Source of the DNA: the human T2T-CHM13v2.0 reference genome, Homo sapiens
Reading direction: 5' to 3' (one strand)
DNA: 64,000 nt
Assembly (NCBI RefSeq): GCF_009914755.1
Contig: NC_060931.1
Made by a program: the position numbers and the translations under genes. Under the pieces are notes generated by a model. The model worked only from the letters and a program-made list of their open reading frames with translations, ran no database searches and was not told where the DNA came from. Below, piece by piece: positions 57,701 to 64,000 of the stretch. Each line of letters starts with the position of its first letter. The stretch's first letter is position 1.

Positions 57701-58130
57701 TGAATTTTTTAGTCACCAAAATCAAACCAAGTAAACAATGTGCATAAATTGTAGGTAAACAAGAACAAGAGTTAATTTAACAAAAAAAAATGAAAACCAA
57801 AAAATAACATATTTTACCTTTGGAAACAGCAAACTTTTTAAAATAGTAGTTTTGGCAAAGAAGCACAAAAAAGGATACTCTACTCATCTTACACTGCTGA
57901 TAATTCAAATTTGGAAAATGTTTCTGAAGGGTATTTGAAAATGTGTATCAAAATTACTTAAAATATACATTATCTATTATGACCAAAGAGAAGCAAAAAG
58001 ATTACTATTTCACAAAGGTCTTTTCACAACAAGTTTCTTTTGTAAGATACTAAGAAATAGAAATTATCTAAATTTCTAAAAGCAAAGCATCTAAATGATA
58101 ATTCTTAAAAATTAACTTAACAAAAAGGTA
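54800..58130. mobile_element. Mosaic of old AT-rich L1 fragments in both orientations, with a MIR (~55990-56150)
   Basis: Alternating A-rich and T-rich L1-like blocks, e.g. ctccatttatttaggtcttc (-) and tgtgtgattccatttacataac (+). Confidence 0.55.
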
Positions 58131-58133
58131 TTA

Positions 58134-58770
58134 TGTAGTAAGGTATTTGGCTTTGTCCAGTGAGAAGTCCAGCCCTTGCCCTTGGCTTCTGTGTAATAGA
58201 CAGGAACATCTTAGGTTAAAGGCAGGGGGCTGGCCAGACCAGACATTAGGGTAGGCCTGCCATACCCAATCGTATTAGCATGGGAGCTGGACAAAGCAAA
58301 AAGACCAATCATTTAGTGGGTGGGGGCTTTGGGTCAGAGTGGTATTAGTCAACCTGGCAGCTGAGATTAACCACATGAATAACCCTCAGTCGATCATGCC
58401 TGTGTAATAGAGTCTACATAAAAATCCTGAACACTGAGGCTCAGGTGAGCTTCTCTGGTTAGCACACATCTATACCAGGAGGGTAGCACATCCTGAGGAC
58501 AATGAAAGCTTTACATTTGAAACCATCCCATGCTGTAGCCTGTATGTTCTCTCTTCCTTTGGCTGATTTTTGACCTGTATCCTTTCCCTGTAATAAAGCA
58601 CCATGAATATAACAGCTTTCAGTGAGTTCTGTGAGTCTCCTACCCATCAAACATGAGGGTGGTTTTGGGAATCCCCACAACTTGCAGTGTATGTCAGAAG
58701 TCTTGGGTAGATTTGGCTGTCAGGAGAACTGTGCTCTCAAATCTTGAAGTTTGGTTAACTCCAGGTTAGC
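58134..58770 (+). mobile_element. MER21-group LTR (MER21C/MER77-like)
   Basis: gaacactgaggctcaggtgagcttctctggtt; tgtaataaa...tataacagctttcagtgagttctgtgagtc. Confidence 0.75.
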
Positions 58771-60449
58771 CGAATATTACTATACTTACAGTATTTGTAT
58801 ATCACCTATGTGACTGGAAGCAGATACTCCCAAATATTAGCATTGGTTATATCTGAGTGCTAAGTTATTAATGTTTGGGTTACTCCTTTCTATGCTTTAC
58901 TAGATTTCTACAAAAAAAATATTTATTTTGTTTCTAATCAGAAGATAGTTTTAATATATGGCAAGGTAGGAAATTCATTAATCTAAAAACAAAAAGAAAC
59001 CAGATATCAAATATAATATTTAAAACCATGATTGCAGGAACTTACATGCATATTTTTGAGTGATAACTGAGTATCATCACTATGCACATTCCATTTCCAT
59101 AACAGTTCCATAACATTTAATAAAGAACAAATAAACAAGAGGATTTCAATATTACAACTGTCAATGTTGCATGCAACTAGCCTGGCATCCATAATCCTAT
59201 AAAAGAAACAAATGCCTTACGTACATCTACCATTTCTATACACTGAAAACAAAGAAACAAACAGCAACAACAGGAAAAAAAACAAACAAAAAAAAAATGG
59301 AAAGAGAGAAAGGGTACAGGATATTCCCAAACATAGAGGGAAACCTTCTAGTACAGGATTCTGCATAGCTAAAATGACTGATTTTCCTAAACCTTTTACC
59401 ATAACAGCAATGAGCAGAAACCATCACATCTAAACATAAAATTTGGGGTGTGTGTTTGCAAAGATGTAATACTGGCATAAATGTGGGAAAGTGAAAGAGA
59501 TGAGAGAAAAGAAGACCAGAGAAAAATGGCCTCAGCTGTATTTTCCATTAGCTACAATTTTATTACTAATGGAGACATGTTTGGAATTCTGGACAATATA
59601 AGTGAGTTTGTTCAAAAATCAATAATGTCAAGCTGACACTATAGAACATACAAAAATGTTTCCTTAATGGAATAAAAAAAGAAGTCCGAGTAAGCAGGAG
59701 GGGGCAAGGACCAGCACATACCTTCTAAATCTAAGTCCACTACAGGTGGTCTCAAGTTCTTAAATTTAAAGAAAAGGTAAAATTACCAACATGTACACCT
59801 CATGTGATAATCAATTACCTAATGTAAGATGCTTGAAATAAATACACTTAGTATGGATTATGTCAGCTCTTCAATTAGGAATAAATTCACGGTCATTTCG
59901 AAAGCTGCTTTTAATGGTGTTCTTTGTGGCAACTTCTTTTCCCCTGATACTCCTCATCATCCCACCTTAAGCTATCAGTCCCCCAACAGTGAACCCAAGA
60001 AATCAATCTCCTAATGTATAATTTGTAAGGCTCCTCTGACTAACAAATGGATAATTGATTCCTTCAAAAATGCTGCATCCCCACGGACCCAGAGAGGAAT
60101 GAATAAGAAATAGAAGCCAGGATTTCATTTTTGTTCTCTCAGAGACCCACTAGTTAGCAATCTCAACATCCACATGGTTGCCTATGCAACTTCATGCTCT
60201 TTAGTCACAGTTAGCAAGCACGCCACACTTACACTCCATGTGTGAAAAGCAAACGTCTGTTCTTTCATACTTGGGAAAAGCTCATTTTACTGCTTATTTT
60301 ACTCTCCACTGATGATACACCCAGGAGGGAAGCAAGACCTCCATCTGGACTTAAGAAGCCTATGAAAAACACACCTAATCGCAGGTTTTCTATACATCTA
60401 CAAAACAAAACAAAACAAAAACAAGTACAAATACTTATTTTCTCACTGA

Positions 60450-60815
<366 letters not shown>

Positions 60816-62499
60816 TAACTATAAACTCTCCAATCTTTTCAGTTGCTCTAAGATTTCCTCTCCAGCACTAAACCCTTCTTTGATTCAAGATGGAGAATAT
60901 ATTAATCAAACAAGCAATCCTGAAGTTGGAGAACTTTCATGAAGCTCTCTTGAAAGTCTCACAATACAGGTTCAGTAAATGCAAAAGGGAAGATGGAAGG
61001 GCTCCAGCCAGTTCCCCAGGACAGCCATCCACTCAGTGCTCCGGGGCCTCCCATCACTGTCACTCCTGAGTAGCATGGCAGCTGGCTGCTGTCCACCCTT
61101 CCATCGCTAACTGCTCTCCCTAAGGTTGCCAAGAACTTCAGAGGCTGAAGCAAACGGGGAATTCTTTCAGCATTCCCATCCTTGACTGCTTTGTGACAAC
61201 TGACGCTGCTGACCACTGCTTCCTTCCAACTTTCTTTTCCCTCAGCATTGACAACAACGAGCTATATAAACACTGTTGAGTAAAAAAAAGTAAACTGTTG
61301 TTATGTTTTTATTTTTTGTTATATTTTTGTTATTTATGGGCCCAACGACAAAAGCGAAATCCATCATTCTTACCTAGCACATCAGTACTCCTTCCCACCA
61401 AAAAATAGGCTATAAAAACATGAACCCATTGCACACTGTTTATGGGGAAATTATTTAATGACAGTTACTACAATATGCTTCCCCTTAGGAAAATGGGGGA
61501 GAAGACTTTAGCTCTCAAGTGAACAATCATCGCAAATATTAGGAAAGAGACTGAACAAAAATCCTACAAGAAAAAATAATGAATACACGCCTAGTCTGAC
61601 TTCACAGCAATATTAAATTCTGGATATGTTATAAATGTTAAGTAAATGAAGATTTTTAAATGTTCAACATAAAAAACAGAAACAATGATTACTAAACATA
61701 TAATGAAAAACTAGTTCAGAATTAAAACAAAGTAATGCAAAATAAACATTAAATGTAAAATAAAAGAAACAAAAATTAAGACGCTGAAAATTTCAGTCCC
61801 CATTAGCAAATGGAAATATCATATTAATTACCAGACAGGCTGCTGGCTTTTGCTTAAAAGTGAGAAGAGAGGACTTCCTTCATTGAAACAGTAAAACCAT
61901 TTAATGTTTTCATACCGGGAACAGATAGTGAAAAGGACCAGACCCACCCACTCTCTAGTCCAGTTCACCACTCCTGTACTTGAAGTACACAAGTTTCTCA
62001 GGTGACCTAGCTCTCCTGCCCCAGAACAGCTGAGAGTTGCCACTGTGTTGGCAGCAACTCATCTTCCTTCCCCCTTTTGTTCTCATTTAAAACCAAGTTA
62101 AAATATTTACAGTTTGAGGGTTGTAGATTTTTTAATAACTACACATAGAATTGAATAAGTACCTAGGAAGAATCCAGAACCAGACTACAAAATAAAAAAG
62201 AAAGAATTTTTGGGTTACAAATACCATTTAAACTGCATCACAGTCATTCAACCAACAAAGAAGCCTGGCTGGCCAGCCTCAGATGTACTTCATTCCTCAC
62301 GAGTGTGGATGTGGAAAATATATATACACATGACTCACTATTCTCTTGCTCAAGTTACCATTTTTGCCAATTGATGAGAAAAGATACTTCCAAGGAACCA
62401 ATCATCCAAGGTATACAAAGGAATGGCTGCCTATTTCCTTTCATTCCCTATGTCCATTTACTAGTAGACAAGAAATGGGTCTTCTACCTGAATGACACC

Positions 62500-64000
<1,501 letters not shown>

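Noticed and set aside
59722-59758. Possible 37-nt cryptic exon (taag ... AAG|gtatgt)
   Set aside because: Poor AAG acceptor; such pairs are common in long introns.

Overview
This is primate, most likely human, genomic DNA lying entirely inside one minus-strand gene that I recognise as VPS41 (HOPS-complex subunit). Six coding exons are present, each with canonical AG/GT boundaries read directly from the sequence: 51307-51381, 42257-42319, 38874-38939, 17804-17923, 16524-16670 and 10857-10923. Spliced together they give one open frame of about 179 aa from the N-terminal WD40/beta-propeller region (roughly aa 83-262, probably exons 5-10; the numbering is recalled). The other ~99% is intron, rich in Alu (16 copies), MIR, L2, old L1, MaLR/ERVL/ERV1 solo LTRs and DNA-transposon fossils. 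Almost all ORFs in the supplied track are chance or Alu/L1-derived frames. I see no new multi-gene system. The best leads are: (1) an MLT2A1-like LTR antisense to VPS41 in which a 5-bp duplication appears to create a perfect DUX4 motif; (2) a polypyrimidine-CAG-CAG|GTAAGC site in the 21-kb intron (candidate recursive splice site or microexon); (3) five consecutive symmetric phase-0 exons bracketed by inverted Alus (candidate stop-free circRNAs); (4) several templated-insertion or fold-back scars inside repeats. Repeat subfamily names are from memory of consensus sequences. Repeat edges are approximate unless a TSD is quoted.
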